A stretch of 64,000 bases of DNA from Pirellulales bacterium (GTDB lineage: Bacteria > Planctomycetota > Planctomycetia > Pirellulales > JBBRCE01), in NCBI GenBank assembly GCA_038205115.1, contig JBBRCE010000022.1:7338-71337 (forward strand), read 5' to 3'. This document shows, piece after piece, positions 26,794-39,587 of this stretch. Both the position numbers and the translations under genes were made by a program. The notes below the pieces were generated by a model. That model was not told the origin of the DNA and searched no databases. It worked only from the letters and a program-made list of their open reading frames with translations. The first letter of the stretch is position 1. Every line of letters begins with the position of its first letter.

Positions 26794-27906
26794 ATGGCAC
26801 GCGTGGTGTTGGCAATGTCGGGCGGAGTGGACAGCAGCGCGGCGGCCTGGCTGCTGCGCGAAGCTGGCCACGAGGTGATTGGCCTGTTCATGCGACATGG
26901 CGAACCGATCACCGCTTGCGCCAGCGACAAGCCGGCGTCGCTACTGCCCGTGGTCAGCACGCGTTTGGACCATAAGCAGGGCTGCTGCACGGCCAGCGAT
27001 GCCGAAGACGCGCGGCGCGTGGCCGATCGGCTCGAGATTCCGTTTTATGCGCTGGATTTCCAAGAGGAATTCAGCCGCATCATGGACTACTTCGTTGAAG
27101 AATACACCGCCGCGCGTACGCCTAACCCGTGCGTGATGTGCAACAACTGGCTCAAGTTCGGCAAGCTGTTCGACTACGCAGATCGCGTCGGTGCGCAATA
27201 CGTGGCCACCGGCCATTATGCGCGATTACTGCCCACCGCGGATTCGGCCACGCCGTCTTTGCATCGTGGGTTGGACGATGGTAAGGATCAAGCCTACGTG
27301 CTGTTTGGCGTGCAGCGACACCTCTTATCGCGCATGCTGCTGCCGATTGGCGAATATCAAAAGCCGGAAATCCGCGAGTTGGCCCGCAAAGCTGGCCTGC
27401 GGGTGGCCGACAAACGCGACAGCCAGGAAATTTGCTTCGTCTCCAGCGGCGACCATGCCGATTTTGTTCGCCGGCGACGCGGGGCCGATATCGATACCTC
27501 CGGCGAACTTGTGTTGACCGATGGCACGGTGGTCGGTCGCCACGCAGGGCTCGAACAGTTCACCATCGGACAGCGTCGTGGCGTCGGACTGGCCTTCAGC
27601 GAACCGCGTTACGTAGTCCGCATCGAAGCCGAGACGCGCCGCGTGGTGATCGGCCTGAAAAACGACCTGTCACGGACCGAGTTGACCGCCAAGGATGTCA
27701 ACTGGCTAGTCGATCCGCCGACGTCGCCTACTGTTTGTCAGGTTCAGATCAGGTACAATAGTGAAGCTGCGCCGGCTTTGGTGGAACCGCTGCCAGCCGG
27801 ACGAATCCAGGTGACATTCGACGAGCCTCGGCATGGTGTGGCGCCCGGACAAGCGGCAGTGATCTTCGCTGGCTCGCGCGTGCTCGGCGGAGGTTGGATC
27901 GAATGA
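26794..27906 (+). CDS. mnmA: tRNA 2-thiouridine(34) synthase
   Basis: ORF trimmed to MARVVLAMSGGVDSS (PP-loop). Blocks NPCVMCN, ATGHYAR and DQAYVL are present. Confidence 0.92.
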   Translation: MARVVLAMSGGVDSSAAAWLLREAGHEVIGLFMRHGEPITACASDKPASLLPVVSTRLDHKQGCCTASDAEDARRVADRLEIPFYALDFQEEFSRIMDYFVEEYTAARTPNPCVMCNNWLKFGKLFDYADRVGAQYVATGHYARLLPTADSATPSLHRGLDDGKDQAYVLFGVQRHLLSRMLLPIGEYQKPEIRELARKAGLRVADKRDSQEICFVSSGDHADFVRRRRGADIDTSGELVLTDGTVVGRHAGLEQFTIGQRRGVGLAFSEPRYVVRIEAETRRVVIGLKNDLSRTELTAKDVNWLVDPPTSPTVCQVQIRYNSEAAPALVEPLPAGRIQVTFDEPRHGVAPGQAAVIFAGSRVLGGGWIE

Positions 27907-28029
27907 GCCATTGATCTTCGACTAACAGAATACTTAGTTTGCACCGGTCAGCGTTCCGTCGAACGGACATTTTTCGCTGCCGGCGGTTGGCAGGATTTTG
28001 CACCTCACAAAAAGCGTAGGACTTGAAAC

Positions 28030-29037
28030 ATGCAACACGTGTTTGGCAATCTGTTGGCACAAGCCGAGCGCGACAACGGCCTGGGCCACGCGCCGATTCT
28101 GCTGATCGCGGCAATCGTTGTTGCCTTGCTGATCGGGCTGGTGATTTTAGTGGTCTTCATCAGCTTTGGCCGCTTGTGGTTTCAGGCCTATATGTCCAGC
28201 GCACGAATTAGCATGGCAAGTTTGATTGGCATGCACCTGCGGCAGGTCAACGCCCGCACCATCGTGCAAGCCAAAGTCATGGCCATGCAGGCTGGCATTG
28301 GCCTCGACCCGCGTAGCGGCATCACCACCAAACGCTTGGAAGCGCACTACCTGGCCAACGGCAACGTGCCGGGCGTGATCAGCGCCATTATCGCCGCGCA
28401 CCGCGCGGATTTGGATTTAGACTTCGATCAGGCGGCCGCCATCGATCTGGCCGGTCGCGACGTGCTGGATGCGGTGCGCACCAGCGTGAATCCCAAGGTA
28501 ATCGATTGCCCTGATGGCAAAAAGTCAAACAAAACCACGCTCAGCGCCATCGCTCGAAATGGCGTCGAGTTGAAGATTCGCGCGCGGGTGACCGTTCGCA
28601 CCAATTTGCAGCAGTTGATCGGCGGCGCCACCGAAGACACCATCATCGCCCGCGTGGGCGAAGGCATCATCACCGCGGTGGGCTCGGCCGAAAATCATTT
28701 CGAGGTCATGGAAAACCCGGATCGCATTTCCAAAGCCGTGCTGCATCGCGGACTGGACGCCCAAACCGCCTTCACCATCGTTTCAATCGACATCGAATAC
28801 ATCGAAATTGGCGAAAACATCGGTGCCCGACTACAGGCTGATCAGGCCGAAGCAGACACCCGCGTGGCCCGTGCCAAGGCCGAAGAACGGCGGGCGTTTG
28901 CCATTGCCCGTGAGCAAGAAATGAAGGCCAAAGTCTGCGAAAACCGAGCCCGCGTGCTCGATTCCGAAGCATTAGTGCCCTTGGCAATGTCCAATGCCTT
29001 CAAGGCCGGCAATCTCAGCGGGCGCAACGGCCAGTAG
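28030..29037 (+). CDS. floA: flotillin-like protein FloA (UPF0365/YqfA family)
   Basis: N-terminal hairpin TM followed by WFQAYMSSARISMASLIGMHLRQVN...IIAAHRADLDLDF...VGSAENHFEVMENPD, which is FloA-typical. Confidence 0.85.
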   Translation: MQHVFGNLLAQAERDNGLGHAPILLIAAIVVALLIGLVILVVFISFGRLWFQAYMSSARISMASLIGMHLRQVNARTIVQAKVMAMQAGIGLDPRSGITTKRLEAHYLANGNVPGVISAIIAAHRADLDLDFDQAAAIDLAGRDVLDAVRTSVNPKVIDCPDGKKSNKTTLSAIARNGVELKIRARVTVRTNLQQLIGGATEDTIIARVGEGIITAVGSAENHFEVMENPDRISKAVLHRGLDAQTAFTIVSIDIEYIEIGENIGARLQADQAEADTRVARAKAEERRAFAIAREQEMKAKVCENRARVLDSEALVPLAMSNAFKAGNLSGRNGQ

Positions 29038-29233
29038 TCGCGCCGCGGCGGCGGTGGGCGGCGGCGGCGGGCCCGATAAATGCCGCAATCCCGTCCGGCG
29101 TTGACGAACCGCCGCGATAACCGGAAAAGTTGACGGGCGCGTTTTTTTCGTTTGAAAATGACAGCAGACTATTTTCAGGCGTCAAACGGGTGTTAAACTT
29201 AAGCGGTTGCCCCTGTCTCGTCGGAGAGCCGTC

Positions 29234-32101
29234 ATGTCGCAAGTCAAAGCGTGCCCGAAGTGTTCCGCCCCGGTTGCCGTTCCCGATTCGGCCGATGCGC
29301 ACGCGCACGTCCGCTGCCCGATCTGTCATGCCGAATATGCCTTGTATGAGGCGGCCGACCATCATCTGCCGGAATTCCATCTGGTCGGAGCGCATCAACA
29401 GCCAATCGTGTTTGGCGATTTGCCTGGCGACGCCGACTCACACAATACATTCAAATTCGACGACCAGCCCTCGGTCTTGCCGCTGACGCCCACCGAAGTC
29501 GACTGGCACGACGCCGCGCCCCTTGACTTGGATGCCAATTCCGATGCGCCGCTGTTTGCCGATCACGCCTCGCCGGATTCTCAGCATTCGGCTGATGTCT
29601 TGACGTTCGACAGTTCGGACCAACAGCATGCCGACTATCTTCAACCGGACGAACATCCGCTCACTTTGCAAGGCGATTGGGGCGTCCACTCCGCCGATGA
29701 CGATTCGCCGGCCACGCACATGCCGCAATCGCACTTGGCCGAGTCCGAAGAAACGCACGATTTGCAGCCGCTGGAATTGCATGAATTCGATTTGGATTCG
29801 CCGCTGGATTTGAACGACTCCCCGCACAGCCCGCTAACGGCGCAGCCCGTTGGCGAGCATCACGTCCAGCACGATCAGCCAATTGAATTTGGCTCGCTTG
29901 AAATTGGCCAGTTCGAAGAGCCGCTCGAATTTGGTTCGCTCGATGCTGCCGGCAGTGAATCGCATGGTCTGCTGGGTCACGACGAGCACGCGCCGATTTC
30001 ATTTGCCGAGCACACTGGTTTACTTTCCGGGCACACTGGCGACGCGGCGCCTCACGGCGAAGCTGCCGATCATGAATTGGCCGCCGAGTTCTCAGACGCG
30101 GAACCCGTCGAACCGCTGGAGTTTGACGCAGAACCACTCGACTTTAGCGCGCCGTCGGAACACGTGCATCACCCCAGTGCCGAGAGTGACGACGGTGATT
30201 TCAACTTCATGCCGGCCGGTGACGATCCATCGTTAAATGCGGCGGATGACGAAAGCCTGGTCGGCGCGGATGGCGCGGAGCACGCATTTGAAGAACCGTT
30301 CAGCCTGCATGGCGACGAAGACGGCGAAGGCCTGAATTTTGCCGACTCGACCTCCGAACATCTGGCCGGCGCTGACCACCAACCAGAACACCAAGCGGCC
30401 GAAATGGCGCTTGTCGGCGCAGCGGCGGGTGCGGCTACCGCAAAAGCCGGCGCGGACCAGAAAAAAGCTAAAGACAAGAAAGCAGTGGTCGCCAAACCGA
30501 AAAGTTCCTCGGTCGAAAAAGGCCAGCGCCGGCTCGGCCGCCTGATGCTCGTGGTCTCGCTGTTGTTTTTGCTTGCGGTGCCAGCCGTGTTTTTTGGCGC
30601 ATTGTGGATCGGCAAGAAAGACACGTTCGGACTCAAGGGGATATTGCCGGAATTCATGGTGCCGCCCGAACTTCGCACGAAGAATTTCGCCAAGAACACC
30701 AAGCCAACGCCGGTCGTGCCGCCCGCCGCGACGAACGCTCCCCCGAGCGACCCGGCGACGAATCCGGATGCTGCCAATCCTGACGTTACCAGTCCCCAAA
30801 ATGGCAATCCAGACACGGCAACCCCTGGCAAAACACCAGTCGACCCGCTCGACCCGCTCGCAATTCCGGATTTGGGCAATGCCCCGACGAATGCCGACGG
30901 AACTCCGAAAACTCCCAGCGAGGGCGTCATTGGCGCGATGCCCGACTTAGTCTCCAAGCCGGACAGAACTCCCAAATCGGTAGATAGCAAGCCGGCCGTT
31001 GATCCGCTCGATCCACTCACCACCAAGCCTGCCGTTGATCCGCTCGATCCACTCGCGCCTCCGGTCAAGCCGGACGTGACACCAAACATCGATCCGCTCT
31101 CAGATCCGCTTGCTCCACCGCCGAAGCCGGTGCCGCTCAAGCCGGACGTCAAGCCAGAGGCGGTGCCTGATCCGCTCGATCCGCTCGCACCGAAGCCGGA
31201 CGTGAAGCCAACTGTCGATCCGCTGGAGGATCCTCTGGCACCAAAACCGGATGTGAAACCTGCCGTCGATCCGCTCGATCCGCTCGCACCCAAGCCGGAT
31301 GTGAAACCGGCCGTCGACCCGCTGGATTCCGTGAGTATTGGCAAGCCGGAGGTGAAGCCTTCCGCCGATCCGTTAAATGTCGATCCGCTCGTGTCACCGG
31401 TTAAGCCAGAAACTACCAAGCCCGATGTTGTTAAGCCGGACGTTACGGAAGTAAAGCCTGCAATCGATCCGACGACTGTCCCAATGCCGGCGGAAAACGT
31501 TAAACCCGATTTGTTGGCGACTCCCAAGTCGCGGGTTAAAGACGCGCCACGCTACAACGCGGACGATCTGGCCAAGGCCGGTCAGGCAGCGGCCGACGCT
31601 AATGCAAAATTGCTGGCGGTCGATGCCAACAACACCGCCGAATTGAAGAAAGCGCGCGCCGGCAATTACATTTCACTGTGCCATCTGTCCGAAGTCATCA
31701 CGTTTTTGGCATCGACCAGCGAAAACCGGGCGCCGTGGCAAGTCTTCGAAAAATTGGCCGCCGATTCGCAGCGTGCTGAAGAAATCGGCGCGTTGGGCGG
31801 GTTCTGGTTGAACGCTCCCGCGCGGAAGGCCGGCAATGACCACGGAATCGTTTTGGCCGGCAAAGTCAAGGCCATCAAGCCCCAGGCCGAATTGTTCGAG
31901 ATTTCGTTGACCTTGTTTGGCTCCACGCCCAAGGACGTTACCGTGGTCACCGATGTTCGCCCGCAGTACGACACGAATGCCGCGATCATGGTGCTCGGTA
32001 GCTCGGTGTCTAAACCGGCCGATAACATTGCCGGTTACAAGGGCAACCAGGATGAGGTCGTTTGGTCTGGCATGGTTTACACGTTGGCCGCGCCTCGCTA
32101 G
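29234..32101 (+). CDS. large bitopic protein: N-terminal Zn ribbon, acidic D/E/H-rich cytoplasmic region, one TM, Pro-rich repeat stalk, C-terminal globular domain
   Basis: ORF trimmed to MSQVKACPKCSAPV...CPICHAEY, with GGAGAG upstream. TM helix LMLVVSLLFLLAVPAVFFGALWIG. KPDVKPxVDPLDPLAP repeats are present. Confidence 0.7.
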   Translation: MSQVKACPKCSAPVAVPDSADAHAHVRCPICHAEYALYEAADHHLPEFHLVGAHQQPIVFGDLPGDADSHNTFKFDDQPSVLPLTPTEVDWHDAAPLDLDANSDAPLFADHASPDSQHSADVLTFDSSDQQHADYLQPDEHPLTLQGDWGVHSADDDSPATHMPQSHLAESEETHDLQPLELHEFDLDSPLDLNDSPHSPLTAQPVGEHHVQHDQPIEFGSLEIGQFEEPLEFGSLDAAGSESHGLLGHDEHAPISFAEHTGLLSGHTGDAAPHGEAADHELAAEFSDAEPVEPLEFDAEPLDFSAPSEHVHHPSAESDDGDFNFMPAGDDPSLNAADDESLVGADGAEHAFEEPFSLHGDEDGEGLNFADSTSEHLAGADHQPEHQAAEMALVGAAAGAATAKAGADQKKAKDKKAVVAKPKSSSVEKGQRRLGRLMLVVSLLFLLAVPAVFFGALWIGKKDTFGLKGILPEFMVPPELRTKNFAKNTKPTPVVPPAATNAPPSDPATNPDAANPDVTSPQNGNPDTATPGKTPVDPLDPLAIPDLGNAPTNADGTPKTPSEGVIGAMPDLVSKPDRTPKSVDSKPAVDPLDPLTTKPAVDPLDPLAPPVKPDVTPNIDPLSDPLAPPPKPVPLKPDVKPEAVPDPLDPLAPKPDVKPTVDPLEDPLAPKPDVKPAVDPLDPLAPKPDVKPAVDPLDSVSIGKPEVKPSADPLNVDPLVSPVKPETTKPDVVKPDVTEVKPAIDPTTVPMPAENVKPDLLATPKSRVKDAPRYNADDLAKAGQAAADANAKLLAVDANNTAELKKARAGNYISLCHLSEVITFLASTSENRAPWQVFEKLAADSQRAEEIGALGGFWLNAPARKAGNDHGIVLAGKVKAIKPQAELFEISLTLFGSTPKDVTVVTDVRPQYDTNAAIMVLGSSVSKPADNIAGYKGNQDEVVWSGMVYTLAAPR
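31139..31339 (+). repeat. 48-54-nt tandem repeats (about 4 copies) encoding KPDVKP-x-VDPL(D/E)(D)PLAP
   Basis: Units start at 31139, 31193, 31244 and 31292. More degenerate copies lie on both sides (about 30985-31480). Confidence 0.85.
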
Positions 32102-32305
32102 GCCCATTGCGCCGGCAGTGTTTTAAATGCGGTCTGTTCGCCACCGTCGGCGCGGCAAGTGATTGCCATCGGTTATCCGCTATCGAAAACTGCACACAGC
32201 TTGCGGTGAATTGGGTATAATGACCGTAGGTATTGCCGACGGGTCACGCCGGTTGCTGTCTTGGAGCCGAGCCTTTTCGATTTTCGTTTCTGAACAGAGG
32301 ATTGC

Positions 32306-36007
<3,702 letters not shown>

Positions 36008-36009
36008 CG

Positions 36010-37488
36010 ATGAACCGCGCATTTTTGCAGCAGATTCAAGACACGACGCGCCGTCATTTTTTTCAGCAGTGCGGCGTCGGCGTCGGCAAAATCGCATTGG
36101 CTTCATTGCTCACCGGGGGCGGCGCTCAGCTGCTCACTGGAGGCGATGCCGCGCTGCGCGCGGGCGAGCTATCGCCCCACGCCAAAGAAAATCCCATGGC
36201 GGCTAAACCGCCGCATTTTCCGGCCAAGGCCAAAGCGGTCATTCATTTATTCATGGCTGGCGCGCCGAGCCAACTCGATCTGTTCGATTACAAACCCAAG
36301 TTGGCCGAGTACGAGGGCAAGCCCATTCCGCCGGAGGTGATTGGTGGGCAGCGTTACGCCTTCATTCGCCCCGACGCCGCGGCGCTCGGTCCGCGTTTCA
36401 AATTCGCCAAGCACGGCAAGTGCGGCGCCGAAATCTCCGAAGTCATGCCGCATCTGGCAGGCGTGGTCGATGACATTTGCATCATCAAGTCCTGCCATAC
36501 CGATCAGTTCAACCACGCGCCGGCTCAGATCTTTTTTAACACCGGCTTCTCACAGCCAGGCCGCCCGAGCATCGGTTCGTGGGTCACTTATGGCATCGGC
36601 GCTGAGACGTCTGATTTGCCGGCGTTTGTGGTGATGTCCACCGGCTCCGGCATCAGCGGTGGCGCGGCATTGTGGTCGAGCGGCTTTTTGCCCACCGTTT
36701 ACACGGGCGTGCGGCTGCGTAATCAGGGCGATCCCATTTTGGACGTCAGTAGCCCCGCAGGTGTCGATGCCGTGGCGCAACGACAAACCCTCGATCTCCT
36801 CGGCGATCTCAATCGGCAGCGACTTTCGGAAGTTCGCGATCCGGAAATTGCCACGCGCATCAATTCCTACGAGATGGCCTATCGTCTGCAGACTTCGGCG
36901 CCGGAACTGATGGATTTGAAGTCCGAAGATCAAAAGACTTTGGACTTGTATGGTTGCAAGCCCAGCGAACCGTCGTTTGCACGCGCCTGTTTGCTGGCCC
37001 GTCGGATGGTCGAGCGTGGTGTGCGGTACATCAACATTTATCACGAGGGCTGGGACGCGCACACCGATGTGGTGGGCAACCACAAGAAAAACTGCGGCCA
37101 CACCGACCAGGCAGCGGCCGCGCTGGTCCAAGATCTCAAACAGCGTGGCATGCTGGACGAGACGCTGGTAATTTGGGGCGGCGAGTTTGGCCGCACGCCC
37201 ATGGTGGAAAGCAATGCCTCGCTCAATCGCAGTCTCGGGCGCGATCATCACCCCACAGCGTTTACGATGTGGATGGCGGGCGGCGGCATCAAGCCCGGCT
37301 TCACGCTCGGCGCCACGGACGAACTGGGCTTTAACGTGGTCGAAAATCCGGTCCACATCCACGATCTGCAAGCCACCATTCTGCACTTGCTAGGACTGGA
37401 CCACGAGCGGCTCACGTATCGCTCCGCCGGCCGCGATTTCCGACTGACCGATGTGCATGGCACGCTGATCAAAGAAATTTTGGCGTAG
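36010..37488 (+). CDS. DUF1501 domain protein with Tat-type signal
   Basis: ATG lies 2 nt after the PSD1 stop. Motifs TRRHFFQQCGVGVG, FMAGAPSQLDLFDYKP, GWDAH and WGGEFGRTP are present. Confidence 0.88.
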   Translation: MNRAFLQQIQDTTRRHFFQQCGVGVGKIALASLLTGGGAQLLTGGDAALRAGELSPHAKENPMAAKPPHFPAKAKAVIHLFMAGAPSQLDLFDYKPKLAEYEGKPIPPEVIGGQRYAFIRPDAAALGPRFKFAKHGKCGAEISEVMPHLAGVVDDICIIKSCHTDQFNHAPAQIFFNTGFSQPGRPSIGSWVTYGIGAETSDLPAFVVMSTGSGISGGAALWSSGFLPTVYTGVRLRNQGDPILDVSSPAGVDAVAQRQTLDLLGDLNRQRLSEVRDPEIATRINSYEMAYRLQTSAPELMDLKSEDQKTLDLYGCKPSEPSFARACLLARRMVERGVRYINIYHEGWDAHTDVVGNHKKNCGHTDQAAAALVQDLKQRGMLDETLVIWGGEFGRTPMVESNASLNRSLGRDHHPTAFTMWMAGGGIKPGFTLGATDELGFNVVENPVHIHDLQATILHLLGLDHERLTYRSAGRDFRLTDVHGTLIKEILA

Positions 37489-37578
37489 TTCGAACGTCAC
37501 ACAAAAATTGCGCGATTGCGTCCTGCCACTCAAGAGGCGACGAGTGTCGTGGGCAAATTGTGAGAGTCGTTCGCCCGC

Positions 37579-38073
37579 TCAGATGTGATAGTTGTGCTCG
37601 TCATGCGGTGGCGGCAGGCGGCGTGCGTCGAATTTTCGGCCCAGCAAGCGAGCGACGACGGCCGCGAACAACGCGGCTATTCCGGCCGGCATCGCGACGC
37701 TGCTGGCGGTGCCGCTGGGGTTGAACACAAACAGAAAACCCAGGTAGAGCATGATCAGGCCCAAGCCGATTTTCAGCATCGTCGGCGAAACGTGTGGCAC
37801 CAATTTGGCGCCCTACAACGCTCCAAACACAAACCCCAAAGCAATCAGGCCGACAACGGGCAGTCGCACGTAGCCGTTCTGGTAATAGATCATCGCCGCA
37901 AAAATGCCAATCGGCGGAATCAGGACCGCTAGGTTTGTGCCTTGGGCTTCCGACTGGCTGAATCCAAACAACAGCATCAACCCCGGCACTAACAGCACGC
38001 CGCCGCCGATGCCCAACAAGCCGCTGACGATGCCAATCGCCACGCCAAACAGGAACAGCAAAAACCAAGACAT
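37579..38073 (-). pseudogene. TauE/SafE (DUF81) family anion exporter interrupted by one in-frame TAG
   Basis: MSWFLLFLFGVAIGIVSGLLGIGGGVLLVPGLMLLFG...GFVFGAL-TAG(37813-37815)-GAKLVPHVSPTMLKIGLGLIMLYLG. Both track ORFs (37813..38232 and 37579..37803) are in the same frame. Confidence 0.7.
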
Positions 38074-38174
38074 ACGAGCGTTCCGGCCAATTGAGAACAA
38101 AATCGTCACCGCAGCCCACCACGCTGGCAATGGTCGCGTTCCGCCCCTGGCTTGCGGGGCAATTCGCCAGTGGG

Positions 38175-39512
38175 TTAAGGTTTTTTCTTCGGCTTGAGCA
38201 GGTGGTCGGCGTGGTCGAGAAAAACGTCCCAATACACTTTGTCGACCGTGTGCGGGCTGTGGCGAATGAAGAACGCCAGTTCGCGGCCCACAATTTTATC
38301 CTGCACGGGCACCGCGCCTTCGTCCATGCCTTCGTGACCGAGTAGGCGATACACGGAAATCGCCTCTTTCAGCATTTCGAATTGGCCGGGCGGGTCGGAC
38401 CATTGGTCTTCGTCGCCGGTCGTCAGCAGCACTGGCCGCGGCGCGCACAGCGCAATCAGACAATTCTGATCGAATGGCAAGCGATCTTCGTGCCCAACGA
38501 ATTTTTTGAAGTTGCCATCGAACCAATGCGGAAACGTCTTATTGATGCGTTCGACAGGCTCTCCTTTGGGGTTCGTGCGGCGCGAGGGCGAAGTTCCGCC
38601 GCAGCCAGCCTGGTGGGGAATGACCATGGCCACACGCGAATCAAATGCGCCGGCCAGCATGGCCGCTTTGCCGTTACGCGAATGACCAAACACGATGATC
38701 CGCTCTGGGTCGACATCGGGCGACTCCACCAGATAATCGACCGCGCGCTGCAGGCCCCACGCCCAAATGGCAATGGCGCCCCACTCGTCGTCGGCGCGGC
38801 TAGCCAGTTCGCTCGCTTGATGATCGGGTCGAAAAAAGCGATCAACGCCGTCGCTGAAATCCGGCTTATCCGGCGCAACATCTCCGTAGTAGAACGTCGC
38901 CAACGCGTAACCGCGGTCGATAACGTGCTTTACCTGCCAGCGCTCGGCTTGTGTGCCCCGTCCGGCATCCGTGGCGTGATTGTCGATGACCAACTTGGAA
39001 TCTTTGCCCTTACCCGCCGGCATCCAAGCGGTCGGCAGCGCGATGCCGGAATCGTCCATCACCGTATGATTACCGCCAAAATTCAAGCCCAGCACCACCG
39101 CTGGCCGAACGTCCGCTTTGTGCTGGTTGGGAACAATCAGCAACATATGAATCTTGGGACAATCGTCCGGTCCAACGGTCAGGGCGATTTCCTTCAGCGT
39201 GGCTTGGCCACTCAAACATTTGGCGTCTTGCCGGGTGACTTCGGCCTTGATGCGCGGCGCGGGCTTGAACTGGCCATACATGTAATGCTGAAACAAATTC
39301 TTGAGTTCCGGCACGCGCTCGTTTCTCCATTGGTCCGCCTTGGTCACGGCTCGCCCATCAAACATCTTCAGCGGATCGGGCGTTTCTTTCTGCTCGGGCA
39401 GTTTATCGGGCGGCGGAAAATCAACTGCCAGCAGTTGCGCAGGCAGCGCAAGCGTCAGCAGCATCAACGAAGCAAACGCAACTTGGGTAAGCGAAGTGGC
39501 CATGATGTCCAT
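38175..39512 (-). CDS. secreted alpha/beta hydrolase, CE15 glucuronoyl-esterase-like
   Basis: Signal peptide is present. The nucleophile motif GHSRNGKAAMLAG resembles the CE15 G-x-S-R-x-G block. HQAGCGG and HWFDGNF blocks are present. Confidence 0.6.
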   Translation of the reverse strand: MDIMATSLTQVAFASLMLLTLALPAQLLAVDFPPPDKLPEQKETPDPLKMFDGRAVTKADQWRNERVPELKNLFQHYMYGQFKPAPRIKAEVTRQDAKCLSGQATLKEIALTVGPDDCPKIHMLLIVPNQHKADVRPAVVLGLNFGGNHTVMDDSGIALPTAWMPAGKGKDSKLVIDNHATDAGRGTQAERWQVKHVIDRGYALATFYYGDVAPDKPDFSDGVDRFFRPDHQASELASRADDEWGAIAIWAWGLQRAVDYLVESPDVDPERIIVFGHSRNGKAAMLAGAFDSRVAMVIPHQAGCGGTSPSRRTNPKGEPVERINKTFPHWFDGNFKKFVGHEDRLPFDQNCLIALCAPRPVLLTTGDEDQWSDPPGQFEMLKEAISVYRLLGHEGMDEGAVPVQDKIVGRELAFFIRHSPHTVDKVYWDVFLDHADHLLKPKKKP

Positions 39513-39587
39513 GCTCCTGCGAGGTGAGCGAGTGGTGTTTGATTTGTTCTAGAGCTTGCGTGTTCCGCGGTCAATCATACCAACTCG

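Noticed and set aside
29041-29072. A (GGC)n-rich tract after floA, considered as a possible G-quadruplex or terminator.
   Set aside because: It has only two-G runs with one or two GGG, no clear hairpin and no U-tract. The evidence is too weak to call.
31139-31339. Tandem repeats here and at 34094-34172, 14031-14105 and 60198-60305, considered as possible CRISPR or mini-satellite loci.
   Set aside because: All are in frame inside long ORFs, have no unique spacers, and encode Pro/Thr/Gln/Tyr-rich peptide repeats. They are coding repeats, not CRISPR arrays.
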